From positions 22,270-86,269 of the forward strand of contig PYIZ01000009.1 in NCBI GenBank assembly GCA_003635265.1: a stretch of 64,000 bases of DNA. Direction: 5' to 3'. This document shows, piece after piece, positions 38,998 to 47,456 of this stretch. Origin of the DNA: Candidatus Poribacteria bacterium. GTDB taxonomy: Bacteria > Poribacteria > WGA-4E > PCPOR2b. How positions within the stretch are numbered: the first letter of the stretch is position 1; every line of letters begins with the position of its first letter. A program made the position numbers and the translations under genes. The notes beneath the pieces were generated by a model. That model had not been told where the DNA came from. It worked only from the letters and a program-made list of their open reading frames with translations, and made no database searches.

Positions 38998-40347
38998 ATG
39001 AAATCGCTCAGAGACAAAAGCATGGGAAAACAGAGATTGCTTAACACTCAGAAGAAAAATTACCTCTATCATGTATGGCTGTGCCTTCTACCGATGCTCC
39101 TCATTGCCTGCAGCGGTTCTCTTGGGAAGATTCAATTGGAAAACGTCAATACTGTTATCGCACAATCTGAAGTAGCGATTGAACAGGCACACCTTGCCAA
39201 CGCTCAATACCTTGCGTCAGACACTTTGCAGCAGGCGGTAGATGCCCTTGCAAGTGCGAAGGAAGCTGTGGATGCTAAGGATGGTCTCGGAGCGATGCAG
39301 CTAGCCTATAACGCCTTGACTCAAGCACAGATTGCTGAACAAGAGGCGATGTATAAATCGCAGGGGAATGGGCTAAATGCTATCATTGAACACAAGAAAT
39401 TGCAGATTGTTGCGCTTGAAGCAGATCTAGTAACAGCAGATGAGGCACTCGAAAAATCTCGAACGGTTGTCGAGCGATTGGGGATGCAAAAGGATCAGTT
39501 GCAAGCTGACATGGACCAAAAACTTCAAGAGACTGAACAAGCACACCGAGAGATATTGCAGGATTATAATAAAGCCAAAACCGATCATGGAAACCTTCAG
39601 TTAAAATTGGATACGACCCAAACACAACTTCTCCAAGCTCAGGGTCGAGTAGAAGAGCATGAGCGTCAGATTGATCAGTTGCGTCGTGAACTGGCAGATG
39701 CTCAATTGTCGGCAGAGAAAGCCCACAAGGCGGAGGCGGATGCACGAACACAGGCAGCGGCGCAGGTACAGCGCTATTCAAATCACATTGAACAACTGGA
39801 TCAGTCTAATGTGTTAAAACGGCGAGAAGATATGCTATCCCAAAAAAAAGAGGAAGCAAAGGCTTATGTTCAGCAGCAGCGCAGAAAACAAACAGTTCGG
39901 ACCAACAGTACTTCATTGACCAATATGCAAATTGCGAGCGGTAGAGCAGTTATTAACGATTGGGCACTTGCGTGGTCGGCGAAAGATATAACCCAGCACT
40001 TGAGCAAGTACACCCAGGATGCGACGCTGGATCAGACCGTTATTCGCTCTAGCAACGAGGAACAAATCCATCTCAACCGTACACAGATGGTCGCTGCTTT
40101 GAAAAAGATGGTAGATGCCGAGTGGCAAGAAACGGATTCCAAGTTCGATGCAGACGGCGAGAGTGTTATTGCTGTCTATAGCTTTAGTCGTCTTTCACGA
40201 GATGTAGCGAGTGGAGGGGTTCCCGCTCTGCACGATTTGTGGACGCGGGAAGTGTGGGTGCGTCAAGTTAGGGCTGAGTGGAAAATTTTCCGTGAAAGTT
40301 GGCGGATTTACGAGGCGGTGCCACGGTATGGCGCTGCTGTTAATTAG
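38998..40347 (+). CDS. Lipoprotein with a long coiled-coil region and a C-terminal NTF2/SnoaL-like domain
   Basis: Lipobox LLIACSG, then about 250 aa of Q/E/A/L heptad-rich sequence. C-terminal about 120 aa has W..AW..KD....L..Y..DA...W(K/R)I..ESWR.Y. Paralogous to the C-terminus of the next ORF. Confidence 0.5.
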   Translation: MKSLRDKSMGKQRLLNTQKKNYLYHVWLCLLPMLLIACSGSLGKIQLENVNTVIAQSEVAIEQAHLANAQYLASDTLQQAVDALASAKEAVDAKDGLGAMQLAYNALTQAQIAEQEAMYKSQGNGLNAIIEHKKLQIVALEADLVTADEALEKSRTVVERLGMQKDQLQADMDQKLQETEQAHREILQDYNKAKTDHGNLQLKLDTTQTQLLQAQGRVEEHERQIDQLRRELADAQLSAEKAHKAEADARTQAAAQVQRYSNHIEQLDQSNVLKRREDMLSQKKEEAKAYVQQQRRKQTVRTNSTSLTNMQIASGRAVINDWALAWSAKDITQHLSKYTQDATLDQTVIRSSNEEQIHLNRTQMVAALKKMVDAEWQETDSKFDADGESVIAVYSFSRLSRDVASGGVPALHDLWTREVWVRQVRAEWKIFRESWRIYEAVPRYGAAVN

Positions 40348-40359
40348 GAGGGTAGATCG

Positions 40360-41454
40360 ATGCGATCCAGCGACTCTAAAATTTCCACCACATTTCAGAA
40401 TCCCAACACCCGTTTCGGCGTGATCGGTATTATCGGAGCAGCCATCATCCTCCTAGCGATGGTACTTGGGCTACAGGTTATTGAAGAGACTGGGGTGATT
40501 GATCCCTTCCTCCAACAGTGGAAACAAGCTGTCGAATCCAAGCAACCGAGATTATATCAACAGTTATGGGATTCGACCGCACGAACCAAAAACCGGAATC
40601 AGTATGAACGCGCATTGAAACTCTTCAGCAGAGAAAAGGTTGAAGCGGATATAACTGGACATCTTGCTCAGAAAGATCTCGGGAACACGAATCGACAACA
40701 GATTGAACGCATCCCTGTCACGCTCTACCAAGATGGTAAGGTTTTAGTGGTAATCTATCGGGACATAACTGTTGAAAAGAGGGGACTTTTACAACGCTGG
40801 AAACTGATAGACGATAAAATTCACGATGAGTTAGGATATCCCGAAACCACCGAGGAGTATATCGTTCAAGATCAAGAGATGGTCGCTCAATCTGCCAATC
40901 CAACGCCCGAAAGTCGTTCGTTGCAGCCCGTTGATGCTCCAATGCCTTCCAATAACGTTGTTACATCGCCTCAAGCCGCTGCGCCCAAAAGTTCCTCGCC
41001 GATTGTCGGTGAGGCACCGCTTGATACCCAGCTTAAATTGAGCCAAGTTTTGGGGGAATGGCAGCAGGCTTGGCAGGGAAAGAATCTTACAATCTATATG
41101 TCGAAGTATGCCGAAGACGCAGTGATTACAAGGGTCGCTATTAACAGGGGACGAGAATATCCGACTCGGTTGGATAAAAAACAGTTGCGCGAGAAAATGA
41201 AAGCTCTTAATGAAAGGTATAGCAAAATTAAAGTGAATATTTTTCAGTTGCAAATCCACGGAGATAGTGCGGTAGCTGATGTCAATTTCTTACAAGAATT
41301 TGTTGGTACTCGCGCCTCTGGAAGTCAACCTGTTTACTCAGATTTCGGCAAGAAAGAATTGGTTTTTATGGTGGATCCTGCCGATGGCGTCTGGAAGATC
41401 TATGCTGAGAGTTGGAGACATTATAAAAACGTCCCCAAGTATCCGAAACTTTAA
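40360..41454 (+). CDS. Membrane-anchored paralog, with a C-terminal NTF2/SnoaL-like domain
   Basis: One N-terminal TM helix (FGVIGIIGAAIILLAMVLGL) and a Pro/Ser-rich linker. C-terminal domain LGEWQQAWQGKNLTIYMSKYAED...WKIYAESWRHYKNVPKYP matches the WKIFRESWRIYEAVPRYG of the upstream protein. Confidence 0.5.
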   Translation: MRSSDSKISTTFQNPNTRFGVIGIIGAAIILLAMVLGLQVIEETGVIDPFLQQWKQAVESKQPRLYQQLWDSTARTKNRNQYERALKLFSREKVEADITGHLAQKDLGNTNRQQIERIPVTLYQDGKVLVVIYRDITVEKRGLLQRWKLIDDKIHDELGYPETTEEYIVQDQEMVAQSANPTPESRSLQPVDAPMPSNNVVTSPQAAAPKSSSPIVGEAPLDTQLKLSQVLGEWQQAWQGKNLTIYMSKYAEDAVITRVAINRGREYPTRLDKKQLREKMKALNERYSKIKVNIFQLQIHGDSAVADVNFLQEFVGTRASGSQPVYSDFGKKELVFMVDPADGVWKIYAESWRHYKNVPKYPKL

Positions 41455-41466
41455 GGTTCATGTCAA

Positions 41467-41525
41467 AAGAAAGTGTAAAATGCAAAGCGCGTGAAACGTG
41501 AAAAGCATTTGTTCATTAGTTTGTT
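41467..41525 (+). repeat. Conserved 60-bp leader motif, copy 2
   Basis: AAAGAAAGTGTAAAATGCAAAGCGCGTGAAACGTGAAAAGCATTTGTTCATTAGTT. Directly after the stop of the paralog gene and upstream of the lipoprotein gene. Confidence 0.7.
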
Positions 41526-41734
41526 GGCAGTAAGAAGCAATGATCGTTGTTCACTACCGTTTCTGTTGTATAATTTTTTAACTTGAGCCAACTTAAATCA
41601 TCATTTTGGATTAAATTACTATCACCGATTGACTGAAACCGCGCATTCATCTATGCGTTTTTGTTATTGGATAAATCTTGGCAGCCCATTTTGGCTGAAT
41701 ACACCCAAAATTTCAACCTACAAGGACAAGAACG

Positions 41735-42220
41735 ATGATTAAAATCTTACGTATAACACCAGTTCTAGCACACATGGTTTTACTCACTATTGCCCTGTGC
41801 TTGCTCAGTTGTGGCGGGAGTTCTGTTGAGAACCCGCTTGGAGAGTCGGAAGAAACCTATAATACAGTTACACAGGTAGATATGGAGAATCAATCGCTTA
41901 ACGTCAAGGTCGAGGTAAGCAAAGATACCGTCCAAGCTGGTGAGACAGTGAACATGACAGCAACTGTTGACGAACTTCGAGGCAGCAACATCATCTTTAA
42001 TTGGATCAACACAACCGATTACGGCACATTGACCGCCACAGATGAAAATAAGGCGATTTGGTCTGCTCCAGAAAAGTCGGATGGCGTAGTTAAAGTTGAA
42101 GTGCTTCAGCTTGTTGTTACAGCAATTAGCCAAATCGTCTCGGTACAATCGTCAGGAGTCGATACCGATACTGAAGTCTTGACATCAACCAAGACTATAT
42201 TACTCACTGTTACAAATTGA
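41735..42220 (+). CDS. Small secreted lipoprotein (161 aa)
   Basis: Signal peptide plus lipobox LLSCGG. Beta-rich T/V/N composition. Its 3' end overlaps the next gene by 4 bp. Confidence 0.5.
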   Translation: MIKILRITPVLAHMVLLTIALCLLSCGGSSVENPLGESEETYNTVTQVDMENQSLNVKVEVSKDTVQAGETVNMTATVDELRGSNIIFNWINTTDYGTLTATDENKAIWSAPEKSDGVVKVEVLQLVVTAISQIVSVQSSGVDTDTEVLTSTKTILLTVTN

Positions 42221-43956
42221 CAACTGGTGCTCCTGCCTTGTCACGGTCAAATTTTTATTTTGATTCAGAATTGATTAACCGATTGAGTGCTCGATCAGTT
42301 TTTTGGGAAGGAATGGTAATGCAACAGGTCCTCACCTGTGTTTTGCAATTAAATAAAAAGAAAAAAGCGCTCAGTCTGCCGACCACATACGAACACCGTA
42401 ACCATTGGCGTCTGTTCTGGGTCGGAAGCGTGGTGTTGTGGTTGTTGTGCATTTCGGTAGCCTCGGCTTCCCTTCGACCGGTGGTTGGTGCGAGGGCGCT
42501 TGGTATGGGTGGAGCATTTATCAGCAATGCTAGTGATTCAACTGGGGCGCTCTGGAATCCCGCGGGCCTTGCGAGCCTTGAGCATGGCAGTTTGGTATAC
42601 GATCTTTCTCAAGGCGCAGTTTCCTTCGGGTATCCAATCCACTCCGTAGGAACACTCGGCTTCAGCGTTTTAGATTTGAACGGCGAAGATCGCTTCTTCC
42701 ACGACCATCCGAACAACCCGGTCGGAACATTCGAGAGAGGTTATAATCAAGTTCTCCTGTCTTATGCCCGATCAATTGGCAGCCGATTCCAGCTTGGTGG
42801 GAATCTTGGATACAATCGTGCGCCGAACCCTGACAGCCAATGGGAGCCAAGTTACGACCTTGGTGCTATTGTCAAGCTGCCGCGCCATATTATCCTAGGG
42901 GCAAGGTTGATAGATATTTCTGGAGTGACCATTCCGGACCGGGAAGGAAGACTTCTGAGGCAATTCGATCAGACATTTGCCGTTGGGGCCGCATGGAAAC
43001 CGGTTCAACTGCTTCAGTTGAACAGTGTGTTGGATACAGCGCTGTGGCAGCTCAGAGTGGGCGGTGAAATCGGCGCGTATGGACTTGCGCTCCGGTTAGG
43101 TACAGCAATTGACCTGATAGGACTCCAACCAGAACCTGACTGGAGTATGGGATTTTCTGTTAATGTCCACGGCAAGCATCTCCATTACGCCTACTTGAGC
43201 CAGTCAGACGTGGCATATAAACATCTTCTTGCCGTTGGTTTGACATTTGATTTATCCGATCAAACAGTCTCGGCTTCCGTGAGCAAACAGGGGACTTCCG
43301 CAACGAGAATGAAGACTTCCGTGGTGAGAATGAAGACTTCTGTCAAGGGAAGAACGACTTCCACGGCGAGTAAAAGGGAAACCTCTGTGAAGAGAAGCGA
43401 GAAAACTCAAACAGAAAGACCTCCCAAACGTACGCCCGATAATACGAAGCGGATTGCTACTGATACAGAAGCTGCTAAAAATGCAAAATCTCCAACTGAG
43501 CAGATTGCAAAGCAGTACGAAGTCGAGGTTGATCTCATCCTTGCCTTGGTTAAAGTGGAGTCAACCTTTAATCCCAAAGCAATCTCTCCCACCGGTGCCG
43601 TTGGGTTGATGCAACTGATGCCGCCGGCGGCACAAGACCTTGGCCTCAAGATGCCATCCTATCAGAACATAAGAAAGCCGACACCACATCCCAGCGTTGA
43701 CGAACGCTTCAATCCGCTTAAAAACCTAGAAGCGGGAGTCAGATATCTGCACGAAATGCTTAAAAAGTATGATGGAGACTACGGCCTCTCACTCGCCGCT
43801 TATCATGCGGGATCAGGAAACGTGCGGAAAAACGGGAAACTCAGCCCTCAAACGGAGCGGCATGTTGGCAAAGTTCTCAAAAGCTACTATCAATACAAGA
43901 GAGATGCCACGCTAAAAAATACCGATCTTCGCAGATTGGATGCTATTCTCAGGTAG
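42217..43956 (+). CDS. Fusion protein: FadL/PorV-like outer-membrane beta-barrel N-terminal region, 7-aa tandem repeat linker, and a C-terminal lytic transglycosylase (SLT) domain
   Basis: N-terminal region has GARALGMGGAFISNASDSTGALWNPAGLA (recalled as the FadL/PorV-type barrel hallmark). C-terminus has ...LVKVESTFNPKAISPTGAVGLMQLMP...AGVRYL...AAYHAGSGNV (SLT catalytic E in the ES motif). The true start is probably internal, at the signal-like MVMQQ or later. Confidence 0.7.
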   Translation: MTTGAPALSRSNFYFDSELINRLSARSVFWEGMVMQQVLTCVLQLNKKKKALSLPTTYEHRNHWRLFWVGSVVLWLLCISVASASLRPVVGARALGMGGAFISNASDSTGALWNPAGLASLEHGSLVYDLSQGAVSFGYPIHSVGTLGFSVLDLNGEDRFFHDHPNNPVGTFERGYNQVLLSYARSIGSRFQLGGNLGYNRAPNPDSQWEPSYDLGAIVKLPRHIILGARLIDISGVTIPDREGRLLRQFDQTFAVGAAWKPVQLLQLNSVLDTALWQLRVGGEIGAYGLALRLGTAIDLIGLQPEPDWSMGFSVNVHGKHLHYAYLSQSDVAYKHLLAVGLTFDLSDQTVSASVSKQGTSATRMKTSVVRMKTSVKGRTTSTASKRETSVKRSEKTQTERPPKRTPDNTKRIATDTEAAKNAKSPTEQIAKQYEVEVDLILALVKVESTFNPKAISPTGAVGLMQLMPPAAQDLGLKMPSYQNIRKPTPHPSVDERFNPLKNLEAGVRYLHEMLKKYDGDYGLSLAAYHAGSGNVRKNGKLSPQTERHVGKVLKSYYQYKRDATLKNTDLRRLDAILR

Positions 43957-44005
43957 TAGGGGCGGGGTAGATCTGCGTTTCCTACATCAATAAATTCAAG
44001 GTTGC

Positions 44006-45208
44006 TTAAAGCCCCCAATGCTGATCAATCTCTTGCTGGTATCCACTGACCTTTCCCTCAAGTACATCAGCGATAGTCACCACTTCTCCAGAATGTCCTG
44101 ACTCATAGATTGCGATTGATATGGCTTTGGCTTGCAAACCTGTCCAACCGTCCACTTCTGGGGAGCGTCGATTCCTGATTGCGTCGATAAAATCGTAAAT
44201 CTCCAGTGCGAAGCCGTCTTCAATCCCATGCGGGAAAAGTCGGGCTTTCTCCTCATCAGTTAACGTCTCAAGGTACATCTCGCGAAGTTCCTGCATGCTG
44301 TATCGTGTCCCATCAAGTCTCTCCGCCTCCCCTCGATCCTTCGCCGTAAACGGATGAAAGACATCGCCGCTGTCGCGAATGACACCTTCGGCACCGTAGA
44401 AAGCGACATTCAGATGATTAGCACACGGTGCTGCAACCGTCCAACTCCACGTTCCAACGACACCACTCTTGAAGGTGATGATTGCTACCCAGGTATCTTC
44501 ATGGCAAGAGGGCACCTTCCCTTGTTCGGCGTGATTGGCGAATCGTCCATCAATCTGACGGACCTCGGCGTAAACCTTTTCGACTTCACCGAAGAAGTAG
44601 CGAATCGTGTCCATCATATGCGCGCCGCTGTCCATTACCATCCCGCCGCCGCTGAACTCTTTGCCCAACCGCCAATGCCAATCCCCGATATTCGCTGGAT
44701 CGTTCCAAGCTGCGGATTGTGCGAAGAATATTCGAGGTGTCCCGACAATGTTTCCTTCGTTAAGTGCCCATCTGACAGTTCGTTGTCCGGGCGTCCTGCG
44801 ACAATTCTCTGCCGTAGCGGTAAGGCGTCCATGTTTCTCCGCTACTTCAATCATCTTCTGGCTTGCTTTGATTGTTACCCCAAACGGCTTCTCCGTCATA
44901 ATATCAACGCCCGATTCAAGACATGGGATAGCGGAGATGTGGTGATAGGCATGCGACGTACAGATATCCGCCCCATTCAAATCCTCTACTTTTAGCATTT
45001 CTTCAACGTCATCGTAAACGCGGGGCATATCCCCTTGCAATTCTGCAACCTGTTCCGCATAGTTTTGCGCCGCTTCCCTACGCACATCACACGTTGCCTC
45101 AATTGAAAAGGTGTTAACCCCTTGTTCCACGAGTGCTTGATATCCTCGCAGATGTGCATTTGCGATTCCGCCACAACCAATGACCGCTAAACGAACCTTA
45201 TCTGACAC
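44006..45208 (-). CDS. Gfo/Idh/MocA-family oxidoreductase
   Basis: RLAVIGCGGIANAH N-terminus and TEKPFG EKP motif. 400 aa. Confidence 0.85.
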   Translation of the reverse strand: MSDKVRLAVIGCGGIANAHLRGYQALVEQGVNTFSIEATCDVRREAAQNYAEQVAELQGDMPRVYDDVEEMLKVEDLNGADICTSHAYHHISAIPCLESGVDIMTEKPFGVTIKASQKMIEVAEKHGRLTATAENCRRTPGQRTVRWALNEGNIVGTPRIFFAQSAAWNDPANIGDWHWRLGKEFSGGGMVMDSGAHMMDTIRYFFGEVEKVYAEVRQIDGRFANHAEQGKVPSCHEDTWVAIITFKSGVVGTWSWTVAAPCANHLNVAFYGAEGVIRDSGDVFHPFTAKDRGEAERLDGTRYSMQELREMYLETLTDEEKARLFPHGIEDGFALEIYDFIDAIRNRRSPEVDGWTGLQAKAISIAIYESGHSGEVVTIADVLEGKVSGYQQEIDQHWGL

Positions 45209-45251
45209 AGCGTTCCCCCTATAATTGATGAGACAGACTTGGAATAAAATC

Positions 45252-45280
45252 TTGACTTTTTGATAGCTTCAGTTTACTAT
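45252..45280 (+). promoter_or_regulatory. Sigma70-type promoter driving the EutN-like gene (and probably the kinase/regulator operon)
   Basis: TTGACT, 17 bp, TACTAT. About 100 bp upstream of ATG 45382. Confidence 0.5.
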
Positions 45281-45381
45281 ACCTGTGTCCATATAATTTT
45301 GTCAATAATGTTTTCATGATGCATTATGTTTTACCGAATTTGCACTTTTCGGGTAAAAAAATCAACAGGGAAAGAGTTCGT

Positions 45382-45669
45382 ATGACGGTTGGAAAAGTTG
45401 TGGGAACTGTCGTTGCCACGCGAAAAGATGAAAAACTCGTCGGTAGTAAGTTGCTGATTGTGCAGGATACCGAGCTAGATGGAACGCTCCTCAGTCGATA
45501 TACGGTCGCTGTTGATGCTGTTGGTGCGGGTGTCGGCGAGTTGGTGCTCACCGCAGCAGGAAGTTCAGCACGTCAAACTGACGTCACCAAGAACAAACCT
45601 ATTGATGCGGTGATCATGGCAATTGTCGATTCGATTGAGGTGCATGGGGAAATCCAGTTTCAGAAATAG
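45382..45669 (+). CDS. Bacterial microcompartment vertex protein (BMC-P; EutN/CcmL/PduN family), an orphan copy
   Basis: MTVGKVVGTVVATRKDEKLVGSKLLIVQ...YTVAVDAVGAGVGELVLTAAGSSARQ...PIDAVIMAIVDSIEV follows the EutN/CcmL pattern closely. No BMC-H/T shell genes are in the window. The ORF opens at 45316, but the RBS favours 45382. Confidence 0.8.
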   Translation: MTVGKVVGTVVATRKDEKLVGSKLLIVQDTELDGTLLSRYTVAVDAVGAGVGELVLTAAGSSARQTDVTKNKPIDAVIMAIVDSIEVHGEIQFQK

Positions 45670-45713
45670 CCGTTGAAACACTTCTTTGGGGGACATCGGT
45701 TGTCCATATCAAC

Positions 45714-47456
45714 ATGGTTGCAAATTCAACAGATTTACCTCTTAAAATTGAACTCATCAAGCGAATCCGTTGGCTTGTTAAGCTCCGTTGGATTGCTATA
45801 ACGGGTGTCTTGCTGACTGTCAGCATTGCAAGTTGGGGACTCCACATCATTGACAATCCAACGCCGTTGTACATCATTGCGGCGTTGATGACGCTTTACA
45901 ACTTTGAGCCGCAAATCTATCCCAAACATCTTACGGAAAAGCCGCTCGTATCAATTCAGCGACATGCGGGTAGACATATTATCCTAGATTTGTTCTCTTT
46001 GACGGCGCTCATCCACTTTAGCGGTGGCGTTGAGAACCCGTTTATTTTTTATTTTATCTTTCATCTTGTTATTGCGAGCATACTCCTCTCTAAAAAAGTT
46101 AGTTACATCCTTGCCACACTGAACACAATTCTTTTAAGTGCCCTTATTTTTTTCGAGTATTACCACGTCCTGCCCCATTACCATCTACAGAATTTTCTGC
46201 CTGCAACGCTCTGGCAAGATCCGATTTACATTTCAAGTGTGCTGTTTGTGTTTACCAGCACCCTGTTTTTCTCCGTCTATCTTGCAACATCCATTATGGA
46301 CACCGCGAGGGCGCGTGAGGCAGAAACCCGCGAATTGAAAGACAATCTTGAGGAAAAAGTCGTTGAATTAGAAGAGACAAGAGGAGCAGTGCTTTTCGAG
46401 CGAAATAAACTCACGTCAATTATTGAGTGTATGCAGGAGGGGGTTATCTTTGTTGACGACAAGAACCATGTGTCACTCTTTAACAAGGCGGGACAGCAGA
46501 TCCAAAAAGAGCAATTCGGACTTGATACAGAAGCCATCCAATCCCCAGAGGCTGACGGGGTACTCCTGCAGATCGCAGAGGATTTATCGAAGGGACACGC
46601 GGTGATTGAACAGCAGAGTCTACAGATTAAGGATAAATTCTTTGAAAACACTTATGCCGCCGTGCGCGACAGGGATGAAAACTATTTAGGCACGGTTTTG
46701 GTTTGCCGCGACGTGACCGATCGGAAACGGATGGAACAGCAGATGGTTCAATCAGAAAAGATGGCAGCAATAGGTGAATTGGCATCAGGGGTTGCACATG
46801 AGATCAATAATCCTCTTGACGGGCTACTCAACTGTATCCTTCGGATAAAGCGCGATCCGCAGAACGAGCGACAGACCAAAGAATACTTGGGGCTCATGGA
46901 GGAAGCTCTCAGGCGGATTGAATCGACCGTTGGGCAGCTTCTTAATTTCTCACGTCAACGTGATTTGGAACTCACGTTAGTTTCTCTCAATGAGGTTGTC
47001 GATGAAGTTGTTAGTCTGATTGTGTATAGTGCTGACGAGAAAGGTATTCAGATTGAGAAGCATTTCCAAGAAGAACTAGACCTAATCCGTGGGGACAAAC
47101 ACCTATTAGAGCAGGTTGTCCTGAACCTTGCCCTCAATGCGATTGCGGCTATGCCCGATGGTGGTGTATTGACCTTCAAAACTGGGGAGATTGAATTTGA
47201 TGCGTTATTTGGTAAGGCAACGGTTTTCGTTCAAGTAACGGATACAGGAATCGGTATCCCCATGTCCGTCCAAGATCGGATTTTTGACCCGTTCTATACC
47301 ACAAAGATTACTGAGAAAGGCACGGGGCTTGGACTCTCGGTATCCAACCGAATAATCGGACAACATGAAGGTGTCATCGAATTCGATAGTAAAATTAAGC
47401 AGGGTTCCGCGTTCACCGTTAAATTACCGATTAGGAGAGGGGTGGAAAAGGATTGA
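45714..47456 (+). CDS. Membrane-bound PAS-domain sensor histidine kinase
   Basis: About 190-aa N-terminal polytopic membrane region, then PAS (FERNKLTSIIECMQEGVIFVD), HisKA H-box (HEINNPL) and HATPase (GTGLGLS). Confidence 0.85.
   Translation: MVANSTDLPLKIELIKRIRWLVKLRWIAITGVLLTVSIASWGLHIIDNPTPLYIIAALMTLYNFEPQIYPKHLTEKPLVSIQRHAGRHIILDLFSLTALIHFSGGVENPFIFYFIFHLVIASILLSKKVSYILATLNTILLSALIFFEYYHVLPHYHLQNFLPATLWQDPIYISSVLFVFTSTLFFSVYLATSIMDTARAREAETRELKDNLEEKVVELEETRGAVLFERNKLTSIIECMQEGVIFVDDKNHVSLFNKAGQQIQKEQFGLDTEAIQSPEADGVLLQIAEDLSKGHAVIEQQSLQIKDKFFENTYAAVRDRDENYLGTVLVCRDVTDRKRMEQQMVQSEKMAAIGELASGVAHEINNPLDGLLNCILRIKRDPQNERQTKEYLGLMEEALRRIESTVGQLLNFSRQRDLELTLVSLNEVVDEVVSLIVYSADEKGIQIEKHFQEELDLIRGDKHLLEQVVLNLALNAIAAMPDGGVLTFKTGEIEFDALFGKATVFVQVTDTGIGIPMSVQDRIFDPFYTTKITEKGTGLGLSVSNRIIGQHEGVIEFDSKIKQGSAFTVKLPIRRGVEKD

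Noticed and set aside
41660-41700. CTTGGCAGCCCATTTTGGCT as a sigma54 promoter
   Set aside because: The GC of the -12 element is out of register (TG at the expected position).
44354-44995. 213-aa + strand ORF
   Set aside because: Antisense to the Gfo/Idh/MocA gene 44006-45208, with no domain features.
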